Assembly: GCA_039800705.1 (NCBI GenBank)
Contig: JBDLQG010000001.1
Span: 1 to 44,111 of the forward strand
Origin: Pseudomonadota bacterium
GTDB lineage: Bacteria; Pseudomonadota; Gammaproteobacteria; Methylococcales; Methylomonadaceae
Direction: 5' to 3'
DNA: 44,111 nucleotides
In this document: one piece after another, positions 1-8,768 of the stretch
Numbering within the stretch: the first letter of the stretch is position 1
Layout: each line of letters starts with the position of its first letter
Notes under the pieces: model-generated
Seen by the model: the letters and a program-made list of their open reading frames with translations, nothing else
The model's database searches: none
Told to the model about the DNA's origin: nothing
Translations under genes and position numbers: made by a program

Positions 1-99
1 AAACCAAAGCCGCTAAGCAAGGCGTAAGCCATAGATTTAAGCATATCGAATCAGGTATTAAACGAGTGCCTTTTATCGATACAGGGCTATATCAAGCAT
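1..99. repeat. 99-bp terminal overlap, copy 1 (identical to 44013..44111)
   Basis: Read directly: bases 1-99 equal bases 44013-44111. A reading frame crosses the junction, so this is a closed or permuted genome plus assembly overlap. Confidence 0.95.
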
Positions 100-122
100 C
101 TTTTAAAGCATGGATTGATTAA
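1..122 (+). CDS. 3' end of the wrap-around gene that starts at 43739 (HK97 gp10-like head-tail joining/tail completion protein)
   Basis: The frame of the 43739 ORF continues across the junction (codon t99-c100-t101) to TAA at 120-122. TAATG overlap with the next start at 122. Confidence 0.6.
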   Translation, partial: TKAAKQGVSHRFKHIESGIKRVPFIDTGLYQASFKAWID

Positions 123-1138
123 TGAACGTAAACGAAGCAACCAGCGCAACGCCATTAAATAGCGATTTAAAAGCAGGGTTACGCGCGTTAGACCGTTTAC
201 AAGAGCTTACATTTACAAAATATGTGCGTTTAGTTTTACCCGCTGATGGTTTTGTATTTTGGGTTAAAGCCGATATGTGGAGCGGTGATGCTGGATTTAA
301 TTCGCTGATTTTTGGCACGACCGCTATAAATGGCACGGATAGAACAATTACGCAAGGGGCTCCGACTGTCACAGTTAGAGGCAGCCTGCACTATTCGACT
401 AATAACCAGCAAGAATTAGATCAAACAATTGGTTTAAATTCTGTTGTGTTTACGTCTGAATCGGATATTGATGATTTTAACGATATTGGAGAAAGCGTTT
501 TATATATCGCAGAATGGGATGGTATTCAGTTTGCATTTAGTCAGCGCGGTAGTTTTTACAGCCAAGTAGGGCTATATCATTACACAGGCGAAGCTATACA
601 TCCTGCTATGCGGTCACAAATTATTGATGATATTCGATTTTTTGACAGGACTCAGATAGTCAGCAATAGCTTACCTATTTTTATGATGCTTAATAAATAC
701 TTCCCTTGTTACCCGTCATTTTTGGTAAAGCAGAACTGTTACCCGCCATACGCGGCTATCGACATAGTTGAAACAACGGCAATTGCAGAGCAGCCAACAG
801 AATCAGCGAATAGTTCACGGTGGCAGCAATGTCAGGACAAGGTACGGCTTACAACATACGGCATCAATAACAATACAGTACTGGACTATATCTGGTATGT
901 TGTCGCAAGTGCTACGGGGGATACTAAACCACCTGTAAACTTTGATTTGTGGGACGCATACGGAATCATGAACATGCCCGTACCTAAAGATGAAAAACGA
1001 CCACAATCTGAGCTTAACGTAATAGCGCAAAAGAAAACAATCGAATTTGATGTGAACTACCTGCAAAACAGAACTTTAAACATTGCTAGACAGTTGATTT
1101 TATCAGCGATCCCTAGCGTTATTATCAATCAATCATAG
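122..1138 (+). CDS. virion structural protein, function unknown (between connector genes and sheath)
   Basis: 338-aa ORF with ATG start, coupled to the upstream stop, lying in the late structural operon. Confidence 0.5.
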   Translation: MNVNEATSATPLNSDLKAGLRALDRLQELTFTKYVRLVLPADGFVFWVKADMWSGDAGFNSLIFGTTAINGTDRTITQGAPTVTVRGSLHYSTNNQQELDQTIGLNSVVFTSESDIDDFNDIGESVLYIAEWDGIQFAFSQRGSFYSQVGLYHYTGEAIHPAMRSQIIDDIRFFDRTQIVSNSLPIFMMLNKYFPCYPSFLVKQNCYPPYAAIDIVETTAIAEQPTESANSSRWQQCQDKVRLTTYGINNNTVLDYIWYVVASATGDTKPPVNFDLWDAYGIMNMPVPKDEKRPQSELNVIAQKKTIEFDVNYLQNRTLNIARQLILSAIPSVIINQS

Positions 1139-1147
1139 GACAACGCA

Positions 1148-2539
1148 ATGGCATCCGCAAATGACATCGTAACAATTAATGTAAGCGTCACAAATCCACC
1201 TATTCCTAGCCAGCTACAAAAAACGGGCGCGTTTATCAGTCAAGGTGGGACTACGACCGCAGCAGGCACGCTTACGCTTTTAACCAGCTCAGCAGACCTT
1301 GCTGCTATCTTGGCATCGGCAAAACATATTAGCGCGTTAAGTTACAACAATGGCACGCATTTAGTAACCGCAACCGCAACCGCTCACGGGCTTACGCCAT
1401 TGGGGGAACAGATTACTGTTGTGGTGTCGGGTTGCACTCCAGCGGCTTATAATGGCACATTCTTGGCAACCATTGTAGACGCTAATACTCTTACTTATAC
1501 GCTGGCATCGAATCCAGGGACCGCAACAGTGTTTGGTACTGTGACCGATGAAGACGTTGAAGAGCTGGTAGCAATGAATACAACGTACTGGGCACAGGCT
1601 AACAGCCAAACATCGGTGTATGTTTTAGAGCTTGGGAATGGTACAACAGCGGAAGGTGTTACAGCGTTAAATACGTTTATCACTCAAAACCCTAATACAA
1701 TCTACAGTTATTTAATACCGCGTACTTGGGATAATGAAGCAACATTTAAAACGATGGTTGCTAACTACAATGCACCATCAACGCCTGTTAATTTTTTTGT
1801 AACAACTACAATACTGACTTATGACGCATGGTCGCAGCTTGATAATTGCGTGTTTGCAATGGTTGAAGCTCCAAGTATTCCTGTCACTGAGTTTTCATGC
1901 GCTGCACCGTTCCAAGTTACATTGGCATGGTCTCCAAACTCAGCACAAAAAGTACCGCCATTAGCATTCAGTTTTGTGTACGGTGTGACAAATTACCCAA
2001 CTCGCAATAATTTAACGCTGTTAGCCGATTTAAAAGATGCTAACGTTGGTTATATCGATTTAGGCAGCGAGGGCGGTCTGGTTAATACCATTATCAAATG
2101 GGGGCATGTATTAGGCGGTAATCCGATCAACTATTGGTACACTGTTGATTGGACAAAAATTAACTTAGAATTAGATCTTGCCAACGAAGTCATCAACGGC
2201 TCAAATAATGCGCTTGCTCCACTGTACTACAATCAAAACGGCATTGACAGATTGCAAAACCGCGCGGCTCAAACATTGCGTAACGGTATTAGTTACGGTT
2301 TAGTATTGGGTGATGTGATTATGACTGAACTCGATCCAACTGTATTTGCAACTAATGTTGGTAATGGTTTGTATGCTGGTAATGCGGTGATTAACGCCGT
2401 ACCGTTTCCAATTTACACAAAAAACAATCCTAGCGACTACATGCTAGGCAAATATGCAGGTTTCCAGGCGGCGATTACACCATCAAGAAATTTTGAAATG
2501 GTGGTTTTCAATTTGAACGTCACTAATTTTGTATCTTAA
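1148..2539 (+). CDS. tail sheath protein (DUF3383-like), with inserted HGL..NG..TFT beta-barrel module at aa 61-131
   Basis: 463 aa, immediately upstream of a 146-aa tube-sized gene, a frameshifted chaperone and the tape measure. Sheath call rests on size and order. Confidence 0.6.
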   Translation: MASANDIVTINVSVTNPPIPSQLQKTGAFISQGGTTTAAGTLTLLTSSADLAAILASAKHISALSYNNGTHLVTATATAHGLTPLGEQITVVVSGCTPAAYNGTFLATIVDANTLTYTLASNPGTATVFGTVTDEDVEELVAMNTTYWAQANSQTSVYVLELGNGTTAEGVTALNTFITQNPNTIYSYLIPRTWDNEATFKTMVANYNAPSTPVNFFVTTTILTYDAWSQLDNCVFAMVEAPSIPVTEFSCAAPFQVTLAWSPNSAQKVPPLAFSFVYGVTNYPTRNNLTLLADLKDANVGYIDLGSEGGLVNTIIKWGHVLGGNPINYWYTVDWTKINLELDLANEVINGSNNALAPLYYNQNGIDRLQNRAAQTLRNGISYGLVLGDVIMTELDPTVFATNVGNGLYAGNAVINAVPFPIYTKNNPSDYMLGKYAGFQAAITPSRNFEMVVFNLNVTNFVS

Positions 2540-2554
2540 TAGGAGCTTATAATC

Positions 2555-2995
2555 ATGGCAGGCAATCCACAAGTAAAGCAAGGCTCTTTAAACAGAGTTA
2601 GAGGCAGCGTGTCTTTTGTAAACGCACCAGACATGAACATTACAGCACCATTCATGACAAAAGAAGGGTTATCATTGTCGTGGGAGGGCGAATCAGTAAC
2701 ATTTATTGATACGATGACGGGTGTTGTTACCTCCCCTGAACCGTATCAAAAAGTAACGCTGACTATTGGCGTTTTAAAAACCACAACGCTAGGCACAGCA
2801 TATAAAAATAGAATGGAAAACGACTGCGATTTAGGCGATTGCGTTATCAATCCAGACAGTTCAAACTTTCCAAAGTTTACTATTGCCAATTCAGCAATCG
2901 AGGGGATTGAGGCATGTACTTTTAACGGTACAGACCCAGGATTTAGAATCAGAATCAAGGGCGTATGGGCAATTAATAACGTACTTTGGAATTAA
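2555..2995 (+). CDS. tail tube protein
   Basis: 146 aa with GGAG RBS, positioned between sheath and chaperone/TMP. Confidence 0.55.
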   Translation: MAGNPQVKQGSLNRVRGSVSFVNAPDMNITAPFMTKEGLSLSWEGESVTFIDTMTGVVTSPEPYQKVTLTIGVLKTTTLGTAYKNRMENDCDLGDCVINPDSSNFPKFTIANSAIEGIEACTFNGTDPGFRIRIKGVWAINNVLWN

Positions 2996-3000
2996 CCAGT

Positions 3001-3056
3001 TTACCCAGTATAGGATAGCCTCCGAATAGCGTACCGTCTAGCGTGTGACTGGGTAA
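3001..3056 (+). promoter_or_regulatory. intergenic RNA stem-loop after tube gene (9-bp stem TTACCCAGT/ACTGGGTAA, 38-nt loop)
   Basis: Complementary arms at 3001-3009 and 3048-3056. The loop carries TAGGATAGCCTCCGAA, which matches 13/16 nt of the Rha leader at 37215-37230. No U-tract follows. Confidence 0.5.
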
Positions 3057-3085
3057 TCCATAGACGAATTTAACGAGACGATTAA

Positions 3086-3628
3086 ATGAAAATCAATGAC
3101 AAATTAAACCTAGTAACGACTGTTGATAGTGATTTAGGCACGATTTATATACACCACACAGCTATTGGTTATGACGTTTTTAAAGAAAATTTCTTAGCAT
3201 TAACTAAAGTGCATGATGCAATCAATAGTGAGGGCGTGGCGTTATCAGGGGCGCGTGTAGCGTATTTGATGCTTGACCAAACCGCAAAAGAATCAGACAT
3301 CAATATCAAACCGTTGGTTAATGAGCTTAAGCGATTAACTAACGTTATTGTTCCCAGTGCGACGGGTAACTATGAGCCTATCGCGTTTGAAGTGGCAATA
3401 ACAGACGGGCTAATTGATGAGCTTCAACACGACGAGGTGATGAATGCTATTGTTTTTTTTACTTGCGTATTGCAGTTGCAGCGAGGCAAACAAATACTGA
3501 AATACACACTATCGAACATGACGGCAAGGTGGGGATTATTAACTACCTCATTGGATTGCGTGGCGTATCTGAAACAATTGCCGATATTGACAGAGACCGA
3601 CAATGCTGGAAATGCGGCAGCAGCTTAA
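3086..3628 (+). CDS. tail assembly chaperone (G-like, zero-frame product)
   Basis: 180-aa ORF directly upstream of the tape measure, overlapped by a -1 frame ORF open from 3421 to 3747. Confidence 0.7.
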   Translation: MKINDKLNLVTTVDSDLGTIYIHHTAIGYDVFKENFLALTKVHDAINSEGVALSGARVAYLMLDQTAKESDINIKPLVNELKRLTNVIVPSATGNYEPIAFEVAITDGLIDELQHDEVMNAIVFFTCVLQLQRGKQILKYTLSNMTARWGLLTTSLDCVAYLKQLPILTETDNAGNAAAA

Positions 3629-3747
3629 TACATGAGCTGTTCGACTGGATAAACAACGCTGGTTTTCATTTATTCTTTGAAGATCACGGCGTAGAATACA
3701 AGACATCACACGAGTTTAGACAGCGTTATTTAATAGACAGAGAATAA
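3086..3747 (+). CDS. tail assembly chaperone, -1 frameshift fusion product (GT-like)
   Basis: Slippery T TTT TTT at 3454-3460 is in phase with the zero frame (GTT TTT TTT ACT). After a -1 slip, reading continues TAC... in the frame that stays open to 3747. Confidence 0.65.
3454..3460 (+). promoter_or_regulatory. programmed -1 ribosomal frameshift heptamer U UUU UUU
   Basis: X XXY YYZ heptamer in the correct phase. The -1 frame is closed upstream by TGA at 3418-3420 and open downstream. Confidence 0.7.
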
Positions 3748-3751
3748 GCAC

Positions 3752-5866
3752 ATGGCAGCAAAAAGCATTATAGACATTGAAGTAAATGACGAAAAGTTTA
3801 AAAGCTTTTTATCTGCTTTTGATGACTATAAAGCTAATGTCGAGGACATGCCAGAAGCATGGAAAAACACTAACAAAGCTATTAATGAGGCCGATAAAGC
3901 CGCTAAAAGATTAAGTAGTGGCGGCCTGTCTAACGAAGAGAAAAAAGCCGCGTCCGAGGCTAAAAAGTTTGCTGATGAGCAAAAGAAAGCATCTACCCAT
4001 ATGGGGACAATGCTTAAGGCAACAAAGCAAACCACACAAGGATTAAAAGAGGGAGCAAGACATACTGCAAGCATAGCCACTGGCATTATGTCAGCGACCG
4101 CTAACCTTATGAAATGGGGCGGCATTCTTGCAGGTGTGACCACGGGCGCGGGTATGTTTGGGTTCAATCGTTTAATCGATTCAGCATCAAACGCGCGTTT
4201 TACATCACAAGGTTTAGGCGTAGGAGCTGGCGCGGTCACAGCGGCTAATGTCAACTATTCTAGTATTGTCGCTAATCCAGCTCAAATGCTGGCGTCCATT
4301 CGCGATGTACAATCCGACATCACAAAACAGCGCGTACTGTCAGCCGCTGGCATATCCAATTATCAAAACAAAAACGCGGCTGAAATAGCCCCCGATTTAA
4401 TCCGTTATGCTCAGCAACAAGCTAAAGGATCGAAAGGGCATGTTAGCCAGATGGCACAGGCAACAGGGTTAGATCAAATATTTAGCCTTGACGAGCTTAA
4501 CCGACTAGCAAACACAACAGAAAAAGAAACCGAAGCAATGATTGCCAAGGCGCGTGCTGATGAAAAAGCACTGGCTTTAGGCGATAGCACGCTTAAAAGT
4601 TACCAAGACCTGAATAAGCAAATTGACCGCTTTGGTGAAACTATCAAAAAATCGGCAATTGAAAGCCTAGAGAAATTAGCCCCAAACCTTGAGAAGCTAT
4701 CTAAATCAGCTTTAAATGCGTTTGATAAGCTAATGAAGTCAGACAAACTACCGCCGTTAATTGACAAGTTAGCCGATGGGATAGGTGATTTTGCTGATTA
4801 TCTTACAAGCGATAAATTTAAAACAGATTTTGACAATTTTACAAAAGGTGTAGGCGATGCAACTACGGCAATTGCAGCGTTTGGTGTTTTTCTTGGCAAA
4901 ATTACACCAGAAGATGCAAAACTTGCAGCGTTAGGAGTTGGTGGCGCAATGGTTGCGGGTAGCATGGTAACAGGTGGCGGTGCGTTACCAGTGTTAGCAG
5001 CGGGCGCGGCGGGCTATTATGGCGGCTCTACATTGTACGGCAATGCAAGCGCGGACACTCAACAAGGGATACAGGATTTTGTAGGCAAAACAGCGGCGTT
5101 TTTTGGTAATAAAGACGCACAAGACGCAATGGCGGTTAATTCTGGTAATACCGATACTAGCATGAACCATAGCCAGCGTGAAATGATGTCAAATGTCTAT
5201 GAAGCATACAGAAAGGCAGGATTAAGCGATAAACAAGCGCGGGTAATGACCGCAGAAGTCGGACGCGAAAACGATTTTAATGAAAGCGTGATGTTTGGAA
5301 CCCACATTGACCCGCATAATCAAAAGGTCAATTTAGGCATGATAAGTATGCAAGGCGATAGAGGCACTAACCTTGCTAAATACATGACTGAACGCGGTCT
5401 GATGAAAAACGGTCAAATGGAACACAGCCAAGAAGCTATTGACGCAATGGCGGCTTTTCAAATGCAAGAAATGAAAAGCGGTGATTTTAAAATGGATGAG
5501 TTTTTAGCAAATAAAGACATAAGTTATCAAGAGGGCAGCGCGTTAGCAGGGCGTAACTATGTTAAGTGGCGTTATGACGATCCGCGTTATGCAGCACACC
5601 ATTTAAAAGAAGCTGGCTATTATGAAAAAATGGGCGGTGTTGTTGGCTCACAAAGACAGTCTAGCAATAACCCACCTCCGATTGTAATACCGCGCGGTGA
5701 AAAAGACGTGAAAGGACAGTTAAGAGATGTGTTATATAGACCTCAACCAGAACAAGCTAAAAGCATTATGTTTCAACAAAACCAAGGCGGTAATGTAGGC
5801 GGTATGAGACTGTTAATTGAAAATAACACAGGTGGCAATACAATCACATCGGCGGCATCGTTATGA
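3752..5866 (+). CDS. tail tape measure protein with C-terminal lysozyme-like (phage tail lysozyme-type) domain
   Basis: 704 aa following the chaperone pair. Coiled-coil N-terminal part and a Gly/Ala-rich hydrophobic segment (GVGGAMVAGSMVTGGGALPVLAAGAAGYYGG). The C-terminal AEVGRENDFNESVMFG...GMISMQGDRGTNL resembles the GN..ES.f.p...G..QW..R lysozyme-like pattern. Confidence 0.8.
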   Translation: MAAKSIIDIEVNDEKFKSFLSAFDDYKANVEDMPEAWKNTNKAINEADKAAKRLSSGGLSNEEKKAASEAKKFADEQKKASTHMGTMLKATKQTTQGLKEGARHTASIATGIMSATANLMKWGGILAGVTTGAGMFGFNRLIDSASNARFTSQGLGVGAGAVTAANVNYSSIVANPAQMLASIRDVQSDITKQRVLSAAGISNYQNKNAAEIAPDLIRYAQQQAKGSKGHVSQMAQATGLDQIFSLDELNRLANTTEKETEAMIAKARADEKALALGDSTLKSYQDLNKQIDRFGETIKKSAIESLEKLAPNLEKLSKSALNAFDKLMKSDKLPPLIDKLADGIGDFADYLTSDKFKTDFDNFTKGVGDATTAIAAFGVFLGKITPEDAKLAALGVGGAMVAGSMVTGGGALPVLAAGAAGYYGGSTLYGNASADTQQGIQDFVGKTAAFFGNKDAQDAMAVNSGNTDTSMNHSQREMMSNVYEAYRKAGLSDKQARVMTAEVGRENDFNESVMFGTHIDPHNQKVNLGMISMQGDRGTNLAKYMTERGLMKNGQMEHSQEAIDAMAAFQMQEMKSGDFKMDEFLANKDISYQEGSALAGRNYVKWRYDDPRYAAHHLKEAGYYEKMGGVVGSQRQSSNNPPPIVIPRGEKDVKGQLRDVLYRPQPEQAKSIMFQQNQGGNVGGMRLLIENNTGGNTITSAASL

Positions 5867-6507
5867 ACATAATTAGTTTAGGGAATAGTTTAAGCGGATT
5901 AATTGGAGCAGCGGCTAGAAATTCGTTTGCTATGCAATACGAGATTAGCCCTATATTGCTAAAGAACGGCATAGCTGAACAAATGCCCGATAAAATAATG
6001 CCAATTATGCAATTGACGCAGGGCGGTAGTTTTCCGATTAACTCAAGTGCATATTTTGCCCATTGGAAACCAATGCCAGGTAGTACGATTTTACAGAATA
6101 CAATTGGACAATTTCCGTTTGCAAATCAATCAGTAGCATTTAACGCTATAATCTCGCAACCGTTAAACGTGTCTATGATGATGAGTTGCCCCGCTAACTC
6201 AACTACAGGCATGAATACAAAAGCCAGTATTTTTAACTCGCTACAACAAGCAATTAGCAACCATATTTCTTTAGGCGGCATGTTTGTAGTGATTACACCG
6301 TCATACGTTTATGACAACTGCGTATTGCTTGGCATTCGAGATATTAGCGGCGGCGAATCTAAGCAACCTCAATATCAATGGGCGTGGGATTTTGCAAAAG
6401 CTCAAATAATGACAACGGAAGACGCAACAGGGGCACAGAATAGCTTAATGGCTAAACTGTCAAGCGGTACAAAGGTCACTAACACGGCATGGTCAGGAGC
6501 GCATTGA
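5863..6507 (+). CDS. tail/baseplate-proximal protein, function unknown
   Basis: 214 aa, ATGA overlap with the TMP stop. Confidence 0.5.
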   Translation: MNIISLGNSLSGLIGAAARNSFAMQYEISPILLKNGIAEQMPDKIMPIMQLTQGGSFPINSSAYFAHWKPMPGSTILQNTIGQFPFANQSVAFNAIISQPLNVSMMMSCPANSTTGMNTKASIFNSLQQAISNHISLGGMFVVITPSYVYDNCVLLGIRDISGGESKQPQYQWAWDFAKAQIMTTEDATGAQNSLMAKLSSGTKVTNTAWSGAH

Positions 6508-6773
6508 TGGCTAAAGTTATTCCTTTTTTACCCGCTAATGATGTGCCTTTTCAAGCTACGGTTACACTAGACGGACACGCTTATATCTTTTATGTACGGT
6601 GGAATATTTTTGGTCAGCGGTGGTATGTGGTTCTGTATGACACAACAGGCGATTTAATATTTAATTTGCCATTAGTTGAATCACCATTGACTTATAACAT
6701 ATCACTAACGCGCGGGTATTTTGATACTCAGTTAGTTTTTCGTGAATCTAGCCAATGTTTTGAGGTGATTTGA
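6507..6773 (+). CDS. small tail/baseplate protein
   Basis: ATG at 6507 with AGGAG 8 nt upstream and TGATG overlap. The track start at 6489 is an alternative upstream start. Confidence 0.5.
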   Translation: MAKVIPFLPANDVPFQATVTLDGHAYIFYVRWNIFGQRWYVVLYDTTGDLIFNLPLVESPLTYNISLTRGYFDTQLVFRESSQCFEVI

Positions 6774-7780
6774 TGCGTTATTACGCTATCACCATCACAC
6801 CTAAAGCACAGCCTAGCCAAGCCGACCGCGCTCAGGAGCTTAAAACGGGCGTGCCATTACCTGCCAGTGGTAAAGACGGTAAGCCTATCACCATTACCAG
6901 TTTAAAACCTGATGGTAAAGTAAACCTGAACGCTTTAAACGTTGAGATTGATATACCGCTTGCAACATTTAACGATCCTGAAGGCATGGCTAATGTTAAA
7001 ATTTATGGCATATCCATAGAAGACATTATGCAAGCCGCTGATTTAAACGGCGGTTTGATTGAGATTAGCGGGGGCATGAGTAAAGGCTTGCCGCTTGCTA
7101 ATCCAGACCAAGCAGGTGTTTTATTAGTTGGCACTGTCTATCAAGCGTTTGGCAACTGGATAGGCGATCAAATGACGCTGGATTTAATTGTGCAAATTAC
7201 CGATAACACAGTGAATAATTTTGTGGTCAACTGGAAAGCTGGCAGCGAATTAAAAACGATGGTGCAAAACGTACTTACACAGAATTACCCAGGGTATCAG
7301 CTTAAGTTTAATGTGCGTCAAGCAATGACATTAACAGCCGATGAAACTGGCGCGTATCAATCGATTTATCAATTTGCGTATTTTGTAAAGCGCATATCAC
7401 AGCACATCATCAAAGATTACGCTTATCCAGGTGTGGATATATCAGTACTTGGCAAGACGTTCTTAATCAATGATGGCACAACCAAAGACAAACCTAAGCA
7501 AATACAGTTTATTGATTTAATCGGACAGCCAACGTGGTTAAACTACGGTACAATCCAGTTTAAATGTCCTATGCGTGCTGATTTGCATTTTGGGGATTTT
7601 GTCAGCTTGCCAGAGGGCGCGGTTAAATTATCGGGCAAGTCATTTTCACAGCTTAAAAAGGGTGTGACGTTTCAAGGTACATTTCAAATACAACGGGTGC
7701 GTCATGTTGGAAACTTTCGACAAGCGGACGCGGGTAGCTGGTGTACAGTCATTGATGCTTTACAAGTGGATACGCAATAA
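6773..7780 (+). CDS. baseplate hub-like protein
   Basis: 335 aa with ATG 6773 after GAGGTG. Placed before the spike/W/J genes, as in Mu/P2-type baseplate modules. Confidence 0.5.
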   Translation: MRYYAITITPKAQPSQADRAQELKTGVPLPASGKDGKPITITSLKPDGKVNLNALNVEIDIPLATFNDPEGMANVKIYGISIEDIMQAADLNGGLIEISGGMSKGLPLANPDQAGVLLVGTVYQAFGNWIGDQMTLDLIVQITDNTVNNFVVNWKAGSELKTMVQNVLTQNYPGYQLKFNVRQAMTLTADETGAYQSIYQFAYFVKRISQHIIKDYAYPGVDISVLGKTFLINDGTTKDKPKQIQFIDLIGQPTWLNYGTIQFKCPMRADLHFGDFVSLPEGAVKLSGKSFSQLKKGVTFQGTFQIQRVRHVGNFRQADAGSWCTVIDALQVDTQ

Positions 7781-8373
7781 TGAACGGTCAAAAAACGCCT
7801 TTTAACTTATCGATTAATCGCAATGCACAACGCAAAGCAGAGGACGCAATACAGCAAACAGGGCGTGCTTTACCTTGCAGTGTTGTAGCCGTTAGCCAGA
7901 CGGTAGGCGGTGCAATTGTTACAGTAAAATTCGAGGTTGATACAGGGTTTACGCTACCTAACGTCACTATTCCGCATTTTGGTGGCGAATGGATACGCTA
8001 CCCCGTACAAATAGGTGATAAAGGCATTGCAATACCAAGCGATACCCGATTGAACGATATAAGCGGTATTGGTTCAGGCGTTGCGGATTTAACAACTAAA
8101 GGCAATTTAACTGGATTAGTGTTTATGCCAATTGGCAATGCTAATTGGTCAAGCCCTACCAGTCAATTAAAACTTGAATTGTACGGTAAAGATGGCGTTA
8201 TTGTACGGTCACAAAATGGCGGGGCTAATTATATCCAGATTACAGAGGCGGGTATTACTGTGCATGGTACTGTAACAGTGACGGGCGATGTTATTGCTGA
8301 TGGTATTAGCTTAAAAACACACCAACACGGTAATGTACAAACAGGCGGCAGCCAGACGGGAGTACCAGTATAA
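7780..8373 (+). CDS. baseplate spike / assembly protein V (Mu gp45-like)
   Basis: 197 aa with C-terminal ...LKTHQHGNVQTGGSQTGVPV, typical of gpV/gp45 spikes. Supported by gene order. Confidence 0.6.
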   Translation: MNGQKTPFNLSINRNAQRKAEDAIQQTGRALPCSVVAVSQTVGGAIVTVKFEVDTGFTLPNVTIPHFGGEWIRYPVQIGDKGIAIPSDTRLNDISGIGSGVADLTTKGNLTGLVFMPIGNANWSSPTSQLKLELYGKDGVIVRSQNGGANYIQITEAGITVHGTVTVTGDVIADGISLKTHQHGNVQTGGSQTGVPV

Positions 8374-8702
8374 TGCGAGTATGGGGTAGAGTAAACGGCG
8401 TATGGCAGAAAGTTACAACCGATGACAAAGGGTTTAATGATGCGGTGTATATCACTAATGTTGCACAAGTTCTTAATTTGAATTTAGGCGAATCGCCTTT
8501 TTTTGCTAACTATGGAATACCAGCGCATGAATCAGTAGTGAGTTCGATTTTTCCAACTTATTATGTGCAACGGGTGCAAGATCAATTCGCACAGTTTTTT
8601 AGCGCAATGACCATTCAACAATTAGAACAACCTTACCCGTGTTATAACGTAAATGTGACAACTCAACAAGGTAGCAGTTTAATCGTGCAAGTGCCTATTT
8701 AA
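8373..8702 (+). CDS. baseplate wedge protein (gp25/W-like)
   Basis: 109 aa with TAATG coupling. Call rests on position and size. Confidence 0.5.
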   Translation: MRVWGRVNGVWQKVTTDDKGFNDAVYITNVAQVLNLNLGESPFFANYGIPAHESVVSSIFPTYYVQRVQDQFAQFFSAMTIQQLEQPYPCYNVNVTTQQGSSLIVQVPI

Positions 8703-8711
8703 TGTTATAAT
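8703..8711 (+). promoter_or_regulatory. extended -10 promoter element TGTTATAAT
   Basis: Perfect TGnTATAAT directly after the stop of the W-like gene. The predicted start site falls at the foot of the 8717 hairpin. Confidence 0.5.
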
Positions 8712-8716
8712 GTAAC

Positions 8717-8768
8717 AACCATAGGGCGGATTAATTACCCGAAGCACCTACCAGCGTTCCCTATGGTT
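8717..8768 (+). promoter_or_regulatory. 5' leader stem-loop (10-bp stem AACCATAGGG/CCCTATGGTT, 32-nt loop)
   Basis: Perfect complementarity read directly. The 3' arm CCCTAT can alternatively pair with ATAGG of the downstream translation initiation region at 8790-8794. Confidence 0.55.

Noticed and set aside
3826-4254. Antisense ORFs inside structural genes. Others include 11721-12191, 12570-12944, 1361-1683, 34948-35202 and 40290-40934.
   Set aside because: They are fully embedded opposite long, well-supported genes, lack RBSs and have skewed composition typical of antisense frames. No independent support.
8734-8746. 13-mer ATTACCCGAAGCA shared with the capsid gene (42124-42136)
   Set aside because: An exact 13-mer match between two places in a 44-kb genome is within chance expectation. 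The second copy is ordinary coding sequence.
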